DNA of 64,000 bases, from NCBI GenBank assembly GCA_944383275.1, contig CALWOV010000001.1, positions 64,245-128,244 on the forward strand. The letters run 5' to 3'. Position 1 is the first letter of the stretch. The number at the start of each line of letters is the position of its first letter. This document shows, piece after piece, positions 37,064 through 49,900 of this stretch. Position numbers and translations under genes: made by a program. The notes below the pieces were generated by a model. That model was not told the DNA's origin and ran no database searches. It was given only the letters and a program-made list of their open reading frames with translations. The stretch comes from an uncultured Clostridia bacterium (GTDB taxonomy: Bacteria; Bacillota; Clostridia; Christensenellales; UBA1242).

Positions 37064-38794
37064 TTAACCACCCATAACAGGACCACCGTTATTTTGTTGT
37101 TGATTATCTCCATTTATAAAGTTTTCATAATCGGAAAAATCATTGTGTTGAACTTCTTCTGCAGATTTTTTACGCACATCACTTGCCTTATTTAAAACAT
37201 TCATTTTCTTTAAAATTTGTTCATAATTAGTTAAACTGTAACCATTGGAATCAATAATTTTTTCGGGCATTTCTTTTTTAATATCGTTAATTGATAATTT
37301 ATCTATTTGTGCTCTGATATCTTGTTCTTCTTTTTCTAATTTTTCTTTTATTCTTTTTGTTTCTTCTTCAATCTGTTCATCGGTTGCTTCAGGATTAGAA
37401 TTTTTAAATTCTTCAATCCCGTCTTTTAACTTTTGTTCAGCAGAGGTTTTAGGATTTATTAATAATCTATCTTCTGCATCTTCTTTAAATTTTCTTAAAG
37501 TATGATTGTTTTTTATTTTGACCAAATTTTCTTTACAACCATCAATAATATTATTATCTTTGCCTAACGAAGAACTTATATTTATTGAATGTGTGTTTAC
37601 TGTTGATAAGTTTGGAATATCGCAGAACTCAACAGGAAAACTTGAAAAGTTTTTAATTAAACCTAATTCATTAAAATTATCGGCATTTAATTTATCTGCG
37701 TTTGCTATGATATTTGAAAGTGGGATTGATTTTGAAAGTTCATCAACTTCAGAAACTATACGCTGAACATTTGAAAGTTCCTTTCCCCTAAATTTTGCAA
37801 TTAAAGCATCAGCAGAAACTTTATCGCAACCTTTTGGCACAATTTTTATTCCATCTTCGGTAAAAGTTAATGCAATTTCGTTTTCATATAAACTTCTTAA
37901 ACTAGGTTCAGCATTTACAAGTGCTGCAACTACTTGCATATTTATTGCTTTTTGTTTTTGGAGTTTTGTTGCTTGAATTGATTGTTTATCTTTTTTTAAT
38001 AATTTAGGCAAAAACCTTTGATTTTCATATATATTAAAATTTACGCTTTTACCTTTATAATCTAGTTTATCACCTAATAGTGCAGAAACTGTAAAACCAT
38101 ATGCAGCCGATTTAGATGATTCATATAGATTAGGATTAAATTGAGTATCTGTATTGGTTATTTCGGCATTAGCACTAATAATTTTTTTGTATAAACTTTT
38201 TGGAACTGCAAAGCCACTGTTTCCTTTTTTATTTATTCGGTTAGCACGAAAATTAGCAAAAGGACCAGACACTACGCGAGAAACACCAAGTAATGATGAA
38301 TATGATTTATCAAGCCCAGAAACTGAAGTGAAAAAATTAATGCCATTGTTGCCTATACTATATTTTGCCAAAACTTGCTCGATTGCTTTTATTGCTGTTG
38401 GTGAAATTTTTTCATCTCTTAAAATATGTTCGTGCCCATTTTTATCAAAAGCCATAACATATGCACCATTATTACAAGAAAAACCAGTAACATTAGGAAC
38501 ATTTTTAAAACTTTCAATAGTTTTTTCAAGACCATATTTACTGCTGATTGTGATATCTGCACCTTGATTTGCAACTTGTTTTATATAATCGGAAAAATTA
38601 GAATCTCTAAACCTGCCTGATTGTTCTTCTTTAAAATAGGTTCGGAAAATATTTGAATTATTTCCTAAAACAAGCATTAAATTTTCGTATTCAATTCCAA
38701 CGCCTTTATTTAAAGCATTTAATTGTTTATAATTACTTAATGCTTTTATTATATTTTTCTGAATACCAAAATCAGGAATATAAAATTTTGCCAT
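37064..38794 (-). CDS. Hypothetical cytoplasmic protein (576 aa), no recognisable family
   Basis: RBS AAAGGAG and no TM or signal peptide. The C-terminal third is predicted coiled/charged and ends in a Q/N/G-rich tip. Confidence 0.5.
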   Translation of the reverse strand: MAKFYIPDFGIQKNIIKALSNYKQLNALNKGVGIEYENLMLVLGNNSNIFRTYFKEEQSGRFRDSNFSDYIKQVANQGADITISSKYGLEKTIESFKNVPNVTGFSCNNGAYVMAFDKNGHEHILRDEKISPTAIKAIEQVLAKYSIGNNGINFFTSVSGLDKSYSSLLGVSRVVSGPFANFRANRINKKGNSGFAVPKSLYKKIISANAEITNTDTQFNPNLYESSKSAAYGFTVSALLGDKLDYKGKSVNFNIYENQRFLPKLLKKDKQSIQATKLQKQKAINMQVVAALVNAEPSLRSLYENEIALTFTEDGIKIVPKGCDKVSADALIAKFRGKELSNVQRIVSEVDELSKSIPLSNIIANADKLNADNFNELGLIKNFSSFPVEFCDIPNLSTVNTHSINISSSLGKDNNIIDGCKENLVKIKNNHTLRKFKEDAEDRLLINPKTSAEQKLKDGIEEFKNSNPEATDEQIEEETKRIKEKLEKEEQDIRAQIDKLSINDIKKEMPEKIIDSNGYSLTNYEQILKKMNVLNKASDVRKKSAEEVQHNDFSDYENFINGDNQQQNNGGPVMGG

Positions 38795-38968
38795 TAAAAA
38801 TACTCCTTTTCACTATAATAATTATAACAAAAATTAGTATTAAAGTCAATAATTGCTTAAATTTAAAATAAATTAATTACACTTTAATTTTTATTTTGTT
38901 TTTATTTAGTTGCTTTAAAAAGTTTAGTGTGATATACTGATATAGTAATTTTTATTAGAGAGGTAATT

Positions 38969-39499
38969 ATGAACATTTGGCATGATATAGAAAAAGACCG
39001 TGTGTCTGTTGAAGAATTTGTTGCTTACATAGAAATTGGTAAAGGCGACAAATGTAAATATGAATTAGATAAAGAAACTGGACTTTTAATTTTTGACCGT
39101 TTGCTTTCTACAAGTATGGTTTACCCTGCTAACTATGGTTTTATTCCTAAAACTTTAGGTGGAGATGGCGACCCACTAGATGTTTTGGTAATCGCATCTG
39201 AACCTTTAATTCCTGGTTGCTTAGTTGAGTGCAGACCAATCGGTATGATTGTTATGATTGATGACGGCGAAAGAGATGAAAAAATTATTGCAGTAGCATC
39301 TAAAGACCCTTTCTTTACAAAAGTTAAAAGTCTTGATGACCTTCCAAAACACACTTTTGATGAAATGTGCCACTTCTTTAAACGTTATAAAGAACTTCAA
39401 AACAAAGTTACTGAAATTAAAGGTGTTGAAGGTATTGAATCTGCTGAAAAAATCATTGAAGAAAGCATTAACAATTATAGAGCAGAATATGATTCTTAA
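38969..39499 (+). CDS. ppa: Inorganic pyrophosphatase (family I)
   Basis: KCKYELDKETGLLIFDRLL...YPANYGFIPKTLGGDGDPLDVLV is the family I PPase active-site pattern. Confidence 0.93.
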   Translation: MNIWHDIEKDRVSVEEFVAYIEIGKGDKCKYELDKETGLLIFDRLLSTSMVYPANYGFIPKTLGGDGDPLDVLVIASEPLIPGCLVECRPIGMIVMIDDGERDEKIIAVASKDPFFTKVKSLDDLPKHTFDEMCHFFKRYKELQNKVTEIKGVEGIESAEKIIEESINNYRAEYDS

Positions 39500-39505
39500 T
39501 TTTCT

Positions 39506-39530
39506 AAAAAACGGGCTTCCCGTTTTTTTA
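39506..39530 (+). terminator. Rho-independent terminator after ppa
   Basis: AAAAAACGGG-CTT-CCCGTTTTTTTA. Confidence 0.75.
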
Positions 39531-39585
39531 TTTGGTTTTATTTTTAATAAAATTGATATTTGAAATTTTATTAAATGCCGTAAAT

Positions 39586-39969
39586 AAGACTGACGACATT
39601 TCAAACTATGGAAGTGCAAACTTTGTTTGCGTTTTGCAAAGCAAAACTAAAAATTTTAAATTCACTTTTTATTTTGAACACATAGTTTAAAATTAGGAAG
39701 GATTGTCTGTAAGTTTACTTACAAGCAAGACTGACGACATTTCAAACTATGGAAGTGCAAACTTTGTTTGCGTTTTGCAAAGCAAAACTAAAAATTTTAA
39801 ATTCACTTTTTATTTTGAACACATAGTTTAAAATTAGGAAGGATTGTCTGTAAGTTTACTTACAAGCAAGACTGACGACATTTCAAACTATGGAAGTGCA
39901 AACCTTGTTTGCGTTTTGCAATGCAAAACCAAAAATTTTAAATATTTAAAATTTTTACTTCCATAGTTT
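39586..39969 (+). repeat. Tandem array of a 141-bp hairpin-rich unit (2 identical copies plus a diverged, truncated third)
   Basis: Copies at 39586-39726 and 39727-39867 are identical base for base. The third starts at 39868, has 3 substitutions over about 78 nt, then diverges and closes with a perfect 13-bp inverted repeat (AAACTATGGAAGT 39885-39897 / ACTTCCATAGTTT 39957-39969). Confidence 0.9.
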
Positions 39970-40084
39970 ATATTTAGACAAAATACCCAATAAAATAGTT
40001 AAATAAATTATTTAATTATTTGCAAATTAAGGCACTTTCTGATAAACTTTGTTATAATCTATAAAAAATTAAAAGGATAAAAAA

Positions 40085-40843
40085 TTGGCAAAAAAAGCAC
40101 TGAAACCTGAAAATTTAACAGGCACAATTTTAGAACACAAGGGCTTAAAGCGTGTTTCAATTTTAACCACTGCCCTTGGGCTTTTTCTGCTTATTATATT
40201 TGCTGTTGTGGTTGTTTACTGCTCTACCCACTATGCAAAGGCTGTAAATGGTGAGTCTATGTTGCCTACCATTAACCAAAGCTATTCAGAAGATAATGAA
40301 CATTTTGATATTGTTCTTGTTAACGCAGCAACAACACATAAAAAAGGAGATATAGTTATTGTTGACCATACACAATTTGTTGGAACTGCAGAACTTTTAA
40401 TTAAGCGTGTTATTGCAACTGAAGGAGACACTTTAAATTTTATTTGGAACGATGAAACGCAACAAGTTAATATTTATGTTAATGGCACATTAATTGAAGA
40501 AGATTATGTTTTAACAAACTCTAACAGAGAAAATGTAAATTCTTTTAATAGAAACAAAACTTCTAGCGCTTGGTATGTTAATCAAAATAACAGTGATGTT
40601 AATTTAGAAATTATTGAAGATGCTGAAAACCCAATAAATAATGGAGCAATAGTTATACCAAAAGGTTATTATTTTGTTATGGGCGACAACAGATTAAACT
40701 CTAAAGATAGTTTAGTTTTTGGGCCATTACCAAACTCAACTATGATTGGTGTTGTTGACACTATTGTTCCTTATGATAGTTTTTTATTTAAAATCTTAAA
40801 TTCTATTTTTGGTATTAGATTAAATAATTCTCATACTACATAA
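40085..40843 (+). CDS. lepB: Signal peptidase I
   Basis: N-terminal TM, catalytic Ser box NGESMLPTI, Lys box LIKRVIATEGDTL and GDNRLNSKDS. TTG start behind AAAGGA. Confidence 0.85.
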   Translation: MAKKALKPENLTGTILEHKGLKRVSILTTALGLFLLIIFAVVVVYCSTHYAKAVNGESMLPTINQSYSEDNEHFDIVLVNAATTHKKGDIVIVDHTQFVGTAELLIKRVIATEGDTLNFIWNDETQQVNIYVNGTLIEEDYVLTNSNRENVNSFNRNKTSSAWYVNQNNSDVNLEIIEDAENPINNGAIVIPKGYYFVMGDNRLNSKDSLVFGPLPNSTMIGVVDTIVPYDSFLFKILNSIFGIRLNNSHTT

Positions 40844-40921
40844 AACTAATGAATTAATTAAACTATTACTTTATTAAAATTTAATTTTAAAAATTTATTA
40901 ATTTTTATATTAATATCAAAC

Positions 40922-40955
40922 AAAAAAAGAACTGTGAAAACAGTTCTTTTTTTTA
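40922..40955. terminator. Bidirectional terminator between lepB and the giant gene
   Basis: AAAAAAAGAACTG-TGAAAA-CAGTTCTTTTTTTT. Confidence 0.75.
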
Positions 40956-43900
40956 TTAAATTTCAACATAGGCATTTAAATCAGATAATTTAGTTAAATT
41001 TTGTTGGTCTGCAGGTGTTACATTGGTTAAATAGTAAATTCTGTTAGATGCACGACTCCAAACACCTGCACTACTAAATCCTGGAAGTCCTGTTATACTT
41101 GTTATCTGACCATAATCACGATAGCCATAGTTTCCACTGCCACTTGTTAATGTCCAGTTTCCATTATATGTTGGTAAAGCAAATTCGCCTGATATTATAT
41201 TGCCTGCGTATGCTGTTGGACTCATTGTGTAGATTGAGTTTAAGTAGTGGTTTGTATTATTTGTATTGAATCCACCCACAACACCATTACCCATCATTCT
41301 TGGATTTGTAAGTGAACCATCGTCATTAGTTTCAAATGTTAAATAACAATATTGCATACTTAATGAACTATTTGCATAACCAACAAATGCACCAATTGAG
41401 CCTTGGAATTCATTATTTCTTGTAGTAATTGCTGTTAAGTGAACACCACGAACATAGCAATATAAAATTGCATTTTCTTCGTTTGTATTATATCTTCCAA
41501 CAAGACCACCAACATAATTCCTTGAACGCAAGTGTCCCATATAATATGAACTTTCAATTCGTCCAGTGGCTGTTCCTTCGACACCTAAATCTCCAACAAG
41601 ACCACCAACATAACCACTGTTAAATTCTCCGTTCATATTTAATAATGAGAAACTATTTCTTAAAATACCTTTATTAATACCTATAATTGCACCCATAACA
41701 GAATCTTCATTGCTACTTCCTACCATCATTGAATAAGGTGCTGATTTATCGTCATAACCTGTGATAGCCGAATTTCGAACACCTATTACTGCACAGTTAT
41801 CAATTATACCTTCATTTTCAGCAACTAATGAACCATATATAATTTTCCTTGACGATTCTTCCACTTCTTCTACACCAACAACTTTTAAAATTAAGTTTTC
41901 AATTTTGCCTTGTGTTGTAGTGTTAAGATTTGACAATCTTGGTATTAAACCATAATAATAAGCACCACCACCTGCTGAACCTGCATTGAGTAAATTAAGA
42001 ATTGTTATAGAATGCCCATTACCATCTATATCATAGAATGAAGCACTTCCTGTTCCACTTGAAGAAAGTGGTTGTGAAATTGAAAAGTCTCGAGTTAATA
42101 CATAATATCTTGTTGCATATTGAGTATTGCTTGACATAGACAAGAACATACGGTCATCAATAATATGATATGGGTCATCAATTGTTCCACTGCCTGTTGA
42201 TAAATTGCCTTGATACATTCTTAAATATGGCAAGCCATAGTTCATATTATAACTTATTGACCAAATAGAATTTGAAAATGCCATAGTGCTTGCTGTAAGT
42301 CTTCTTATATTATTAAAGCTCATAGGAGTTGATGTTGTTGTGTTATAGTTGTTTGCTAAGTTTGTGCTGAAATCGCTACAACCAATTATGTTTTTACTTG
42401 ATTCGATTTGTTCTATACCAGAGTATCCACCAACAACAAGCCCTACCCTTGTTCCTGCAACATTTTCTGTTGATATATTAATGTTATTTACACCAAGTAA
42501 ATCTTGAATATAAGTTGAATCTGTAAAGCCCATTAATCCACCAATATAATTTCCGTTTGCGCGCGTTTCTGGAAGAGTGGTGCTAGGACCTGCAGCTTGA
42601 TTACTTGTTATTCTGCCAAGAGCATAACAGTTGTAAGTTGTTCCATATTTACTTTGATAACCAATCAAACCACCAACATATGATTTATATTTTAAATCAA
42701 CATTGTTAACATCAACATCACCAATTATGCTTGGAACTATGAAGTTTATATCCGATATTCCCCAACAAATATTAATAAATCCATTGTTTTGACCAACTAA
42801 GCCACCAACATAAACAACTGATGTGATGTTTGCATCGCCTTGCATCGTAACATTTAAAGTTGACACTTCAACATCTGTTTTTTCTTCAGTTACTCCGTTA
42901 GCAAAACTTGAAATAGTTCCGAGATTTTCATTAACGGTTGGCAATATACCTGTTTGACAGTTTAAAATTGTTCCATTGTTTACACCAGCAAGCAAACCAA
43001 TTACAGCGTTTACATTATTGGCAACATTTATATCTACTTTTTCAAATAAACAAGTTAAACTTGAAACTATTATATTTTTATCTATACTACTAAATAAACC
43101 GAAACTTGATTCAGTGCTAAAAGTTTTATTAACATTATTAGTTATTTGAATTATATTATTTTGACCAAATAGTCTTGAAATATTTTTAAGTTCTATATTA
43201 ATTTGACTGTCTGTAATTTTAAACGCGTTATCGTTTTCTGGATTAATAAACACCATTTTATAAGGAGTTTGTTCATCATTAATAAAACTTAAAAGTTCAT
43301 TATAGTTAGAAGCATAAACTGGAACTAAATTTCCACCTTGTTCAAAATCTAAAGCATTGCTTGCACCAGACGGATATGGCAACGATTGTAAATCACTGTT
43401 AACTGTCCAATCATTAAAGTTTTCATATGTTGATAAATTAAACATATCAGTTAATGTTTTTGAACTTTCTGGGCTTAAGCCATCTGTTATACCCGACATT
43501 TCTTCATTATATACATTGTTTTCATTAACGGTTGAATTGGTTATACCACTTCCACTTATACTACTGTTAACATAACCAACCATAGCATTAATTCTTGTTG
43601 TTGCATTCTTTTGGTCTATTCCAATAGGATAAATTGCCATAGTTGTTAAACTGCTTGATACTAAGCAACTTGCTTCCCCAACTAGACCACCTATATATAT
43701 TGTATCTTTAGTGTTTGTATCATCGGTGTTGGTATAAGATATGAAACCATACGAACCACAACTATCTACTGCTACCCTGCTTTCACCAATAATACCACCA
43801 ACTTTAACGGTATTGAAATGAGTTACAGTTATGTTACAACTTGCAGCACTTGTGCTTAATGATAACATAGGCTCTGCTCGTTCTTGTTTGCTTGTGTTAA

Positions 43901-46900
43901 AGTTTACAACAGAACCAAAAATTCCACCAACTTTTGCAGTGTTGCTTGGTTGAGAAGTTGAACTGCCTTTATAGCCACCATAAACATTTATAATTCCATT
44001 TGCTGAATTTCTTTGATAAATTGCAGTTTTAGCAATATTTCTAGAGGTTCCAGAAATATTGTTTTCAACTTGACCTGCAATTCCACCAACATAAGTTGTA
44101 ATGTTGTTAAGTTCTTTTTCTTCACTACCTAAAATTATATCTACATCAGCAGAGTTAGAGTTTATTACTCTGCTATTAGCAATTTGTCCTGTTTGATATT
44201 CGATATTGGTTGAAACATAACCATATAAACCACCAACATAAGCATAACCTAAATATGAACGATTGTTTTGATAATCTATAGTAATTTTAGAATCTGTTAA
44301 TGTTACACCTTCAGAGGTGAAATTATAAACTTGACCAGCAACTCCACCTGCGTAGATATAAGGTTCATATACAAAACTTGTTTCAATTTCATTAGTGATT
44401 GACATATTTGTTGTAATATAACAGTTGTTAATTTGTGTTGTTCCAGCACTTTCCGAATAACCGATTACACCACCTGCATAAATATTTTGCAGGTTGTTTG
44501 TGTTTATTGTTATATTAGTTTGCGCATTTGAGTAAAGAATTGAAACACTTGTTCCTGCATTTCTTCCAACCAAACCACCAATTGATAAGGTTGACCTTAC
44601 ATCTAGTTTATTTGCTCCTCGGTTTGAAGTGGTTATTGAGAAATTAACATTTCCAAATTCACCTGTTTGAATGTTTGTTCCACCACTTGTATATCCAACA
44701 AGGCCACCAAACGATGAAATATCCATACTGTTATCATTTTGTGAAAGATAATATAAATCATAATTTTCGCTTACAAAATCTATTTGACCATTAATTCTAA
44801 TATTTGTAAATGAACAACTTACAGCACGCCCCACAACAGCACCTACACCTTGTTTTTCATCTACTTTAATTACAGGAGAACCATTTATTTTAATTGTTAG
44901 GTTTTCAAAGTTTGAATAGTTTGTTGCTTCACAAGCAATTAAACCAAAATAACTTGATACAGCATTTTCATTACTTACAACTATATTTTCAGGGAATTCA
45001 AAATTAATATTTGATAATGTAAAACTTGAAACTTTACCGAATAACGAATTGAATGATGATAATTGAGCTTCACTGAAATTTACAAGACTTATAGTTGCTG
45101 GTTCACCATTACCAACATAACCTTTAAGTTGCCCTGTGATATTTAAATCATCTTCAGCAAGAGCCCTTCTATCACCCCATTGAGTGCCTGTTATAGTTAT
45201 ATTATTTACAAGTAAATAACTTCCACCAACGCCACCTTGCATATACTCTAAAAATTCGTCTGTTGTGGTAATTTCTATTACTGAAACAAGTTTACCCAAA
45301 GCAATTATAGGGAAAATATTAGAATCTAAGTCGTTATCGAACAACCATATATTACTTGTAAATTTAGGGCTATTCTCTTCTCCAAACACTTCTCCGTATG
45401 TTGTTGGGCTGTAAGCAGTTTCGGCATAACTTGCATTTTCTTCTCTTGTGCAATTAACAATAGAAGTGTTATCGTTTGGTTTTACAAGACCACTATCAGT
45501 TATTAATTTACCAACAATACCATATTCAATATTTGTTCCTTGAATTGATGAAGTTGTAACAATACCAACTGCGCTTGCAGAATAGAAATCTTGTGTTTTT
45601 TCTTTTACAAATAAAACGGTATCTACATAAGTATTACTTGTTGCACCATATTCTCCAAGCATTGTTGAATAAAGCACTAATCCAGCAACACCACCATAGG
45701 CGTGATTTTGATTTGCTGTAAGATTATTTGCGATTTCTTGAGTGTTGTTATTAAGAAGAACTACATCTATTGAAGAATTTATGCTTCCAATTGGGTCTGT
45801 CATTGCACCAACAAGGCCACCAGATGCAGCTTGAGCAAACATTAAATTACCAGATAAATCGGTTGCTTTACCACCTGCATATACAGCACCCGTTGAATAG
45901 CACTCTGAAACATAACCACCAAGTTTAGTTGCAGTGTTACCAAATGATACACGACTATTATCTGATTCTTCATTAGAACCTGTGTAGGTTTTAACATTTA
46001 CTTCTGATAATTTTCTTACATTAATAGTTTCTGTTGTATTATCATTGCCACTTATGCGATAGGTATATGTAGCAAGCCCTATTAAACCACCTGCAACCTG
46101 AGCATCGTTATTAATAACATTTACTCTTGAATAAGAAAGTTTTATAACACCACGTTGAATGTCTTGTTCGCTTGTGTTAGTTACACTTAACGAAGAACTT
46201 CCACGGTTCAAACCAACTAAACCACCGATTGCATTAGAAGAACCACGGAATAAATCGGTATAACCCACATGGAGTGATGCATTATTGTCGTTGTGAAGTT
46301 CTTGGTCATCTTCTATTTGTTTATCTGTTGCCATTGAGACATAAGATTGCATTATTGTTCCACGGTTTTCACCAACTAAACCACCTGCAAAATTGTGTCC
46401 CCATAAATGTTGTGATGCGTTTTCATCGCCCACAATGAATTTAGCACCAGAAATAATTACACTTGTATCTACAACTCCGAACACACCACCAACAATATCA
46501 GCATAAATTGATATATTCCCTTCTGTTTGACAATTTACAATAGTTGGGTCAGTTCCACCAACTGGTTTTGTTACAATACCAGCAATACCACCAGCATAAG
46601 AGTAATTTGTAGCATTTACAAATTCGGTTTTGCCTGTTTCTTGGTTTGTTGTTGTTTCAAGATATGTATATCTATAAACTACCTGACCATTTTGTTCTGA
46701 CCTTATAGTTTGATAATCGGCAAATATAGACACCCTGCTTAAAATATTTTCAATTTGTGATTCTCCACTTATTGTTCCAGCCAATGCTCCAACAATGTTT
46801 CTACCATTAATTTCTGCAGAAGTATCATATGGTGCAATAACAATGTTATCTATAACTGAAGTATCTATTTGTGCAGCAAGACCACCAACATAGGTTGCTG

Positions 46901-49900
46901 TCATACTTGAAAATTCAGAATTGATTTCAAGAATTAAGTTTGATACAACACCATTTTCAATAGACTCAAACAACCCAAGTTTATTTAATGTAGTAGTTTC
47001 TTCGCCTTCATTTACACCAACAGATTTTTTAAAGTTTTGAACCTTCATACCATTACCTTGAATGTTTCCAGAAATAATGGTTGAAGATGATGTTGGGCTT
47101 TGTTCGTTAAAGTTGATATCAGCAACAAATCTTGCATAAGAACTGAAAGTTTTCGCAGCAGTAGATGTAGCGTTTTCTTTATTAAATAAATTATTATAAT
47201 GGTCAACGGTTGCAATTATATATGGGTTAATTGCAGAACCATATTCATAACCTTTCTCATAGGTTAAATCTGCACTGTCTAAACTTCTAAAACTTAAAGT
47301 TACAAGGTTTGCTTGGACTAATTGTGGACCTGTTCTTGCTTCTATAGAAGAAATTTTCCAAGTTGTTTGCTTGCTTGAACTTGAATCATCATCTTCACCT
47401 TCAGAGAAAGCAAAGCCGACAAAGTAAACGCCATATGGGTCGTTCCATTGCGAACTAGATTCTACACCATCGCTTATTGTAGTTTCAGACGATAATTCTG
47501 TTGCTTTTTCATCTTCTGAAACAACAACACCTTTGTCTTGAAGATAATAACAATTTTGAATTAAGCCTGCATTTAAAACTTCGTGTTTTCTGTCAAGACC
47601 AGTAAATGGACCATTGTTTGAACTGTAACTTCTTACAGTGCTTAATGAATAACTATATTTTACTGATGAATTTTCTGTTGCGTTGTTATATACAAAACCA
47701 CCTGCACCAAGTGAACTTATAATAGGAATATTGCTGTAACTGTTTTCAACACTTCCATTATTTGTGTGAACAAAACCACCAATAAATCCATAAGAATAAA
47801 TTCCACCTGTTGTTGTTCTTCCAATAGTTTCCGAAGTGTTAGAGTTTTGCATTCCTTCAACATAACTTGCTGTTATTCTTGCGTTATCATCGTTAATTGC
47901 AACAAAACCACCTGTTGTTGTGCCTGTTCCTGAACGAGTTGTGTTTACAATGTAACCATTTGCAAAGTATGATGAGGAAATAACACCACCTATAGAAGAA
48001 TCATTGTCTTCCATAACACCATTATAGCCTGCAATACCACCAACATTACCAGAACAGAAAATATTAATTCCTTGTGTGTTTAATAAGGTAACTTCTCTTC
48101 CAATTTGGAATGTATAACCTGTTGCTGTTTCAAAGCCATTAATTCTTCCTACCCTGCTGTTTGTAATATAACCAAGGTTTTGCCCAACAAGCCCACCACC
48201 ATAAACAACAGTGCTTTCACCACCAACTGTGCTGCTTGTTAATACAAATGTGCTTATTAATGTTGGTATATTTCCATTATTATTGCGTGCGTTTTCAACT
48301 TGAACTCGGATTTGGTCAAACACTGTTTGTGCATAGGTTTCTTTTGTTTCTTCTTGAATTCTACTGTAAACATTATTATCCCATTCGGTGTCCGTCATAG
48401 TTGTTAAAACATCACAGTTTGTAATTATTCCACCTTGATTTACCCCTGCAATAAAACCAAAGTTTACTTCTTTGAAATTTCTTGCTTCTACATAAACATT
48501 TCTAGATACATCAAAAATTAAGTTTTTAAGTACTGTTCCCCGTTGTAATGTTCCGAAGAAACCAATATTTGCTGTTGTGTTTGAAATATTTGAAGTGTTG
48601 AATTTATTTAAGTATATAATGTAGCCGTTACCATCTAAACTTCCTATTGCTGTATTTAAAGGTTCCCAATTATCAAGTGTTATGTTGTTAGCCAAAATAT
48701 AATGTTGACCTTCAGCCATACTTCTTAAACCTTCAGCATTATAAATTGCTATTGGTGCTTCTTCAGAGTTACTGCTTGTAAACTGCAAAGTAAAACTTAA
48801 AGATAATTCCCTATAACCTATTCCAACAGATTCGGAAGTGTCGTCAATAGTTTTAAATGTAAGTTTATATACATCTAAACTTGGGTCATAGACATAATAC
48901 AATCTTAAAGTTGCTTGTAGTTGAATTGGGTCAAGTGTTTTTGCTTTTATGCTGTAAGTTTTTGTTCCATCAACATCACAAGAAACCGAGAAAATATCAT
49001 TGTTAACATTTGCAGTTATTGGAAGATAGTTGCTTCCACTTAAATAATACCAAACGCCCCCATTACCATTTCCGTATGTGTTTACGCTTTGAAGTAAAGT
49101 TCGGACCGAATTTAATATATTTGCCCAATCTGTGTTGATATTTGCATCTAACTCGCTATCTTCTACAACCACTTCTACATTAAATATACAATCATTAGTG
49201 TTGTAATTTATTACATTACCATTTGCATCAGTTATTGAGAATGGAGTTGAAACCCAAATGAATGAAACAGTGTATTCGTGTTCTCCATAATAATAACCTG
49301 CTTTAAACATTTCACCATATTTTGTATTATCATTATTAGATGAGAATGGTTTATAATCACTTACTAATTCAGAAGCAGAATTTACTGAAGCCGAAGATGC
49401 AGTTGGTTTGTCTAAGTTGTTGTTATTAAATAACTGTGTTGAATAATAACTGCTAAATGCATCTCTTGTTAGTCCACTTAAATGAATTCTGTAACCCATA
49501 TTACCTGCGATTGCAGTTCCTGAAACAAAAGTTGTGCCATTTGGTTGTTGCAATAATCTTCCCATTGGGAAACCAAGTTGGTCAAATGGGACTTGTGCAA
49601 AACTTGAAATAGGAGTATCTGTAAGTTGACCTAAAAATTCTTCATATAAATCTTCACTAGATGGTGTTATATTAAACAACATATTAAGTTCGGCAGCATT
49701 TTGCATATCTACATTCCAAACGCCATTATTAACACCTTCAGCGTTTAAACTTTCAACAGCAAAATCTACAATATAAAAAGTTAAGGTTGTTACTGTTTGT
49801 TCCGTTCCACCGGTTATACTATCAGAAGTAACCGTGGCAGTAATTGTTACACCTGTTTCTATACATTGTGCTTCTGGACCCACATATAAACTTAATGTTT

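Noticed and set aside
39221-39619. 132-aa minus-strand ORF overlapping the 3' end of ppa and the first repeat unit
   Set aside because: It is antisense to a well-supported ppa gene, crosses the ppa terminator, has no RBS, and gives an F/N/K-rich junk-like translation.
39586-39969. Whether the tandem repeats are a CRISPR array
   Set aside because: The period is 141 bp and whole units are identical. There are no short repeats separated by unique spacers, and no cas genes in the window.
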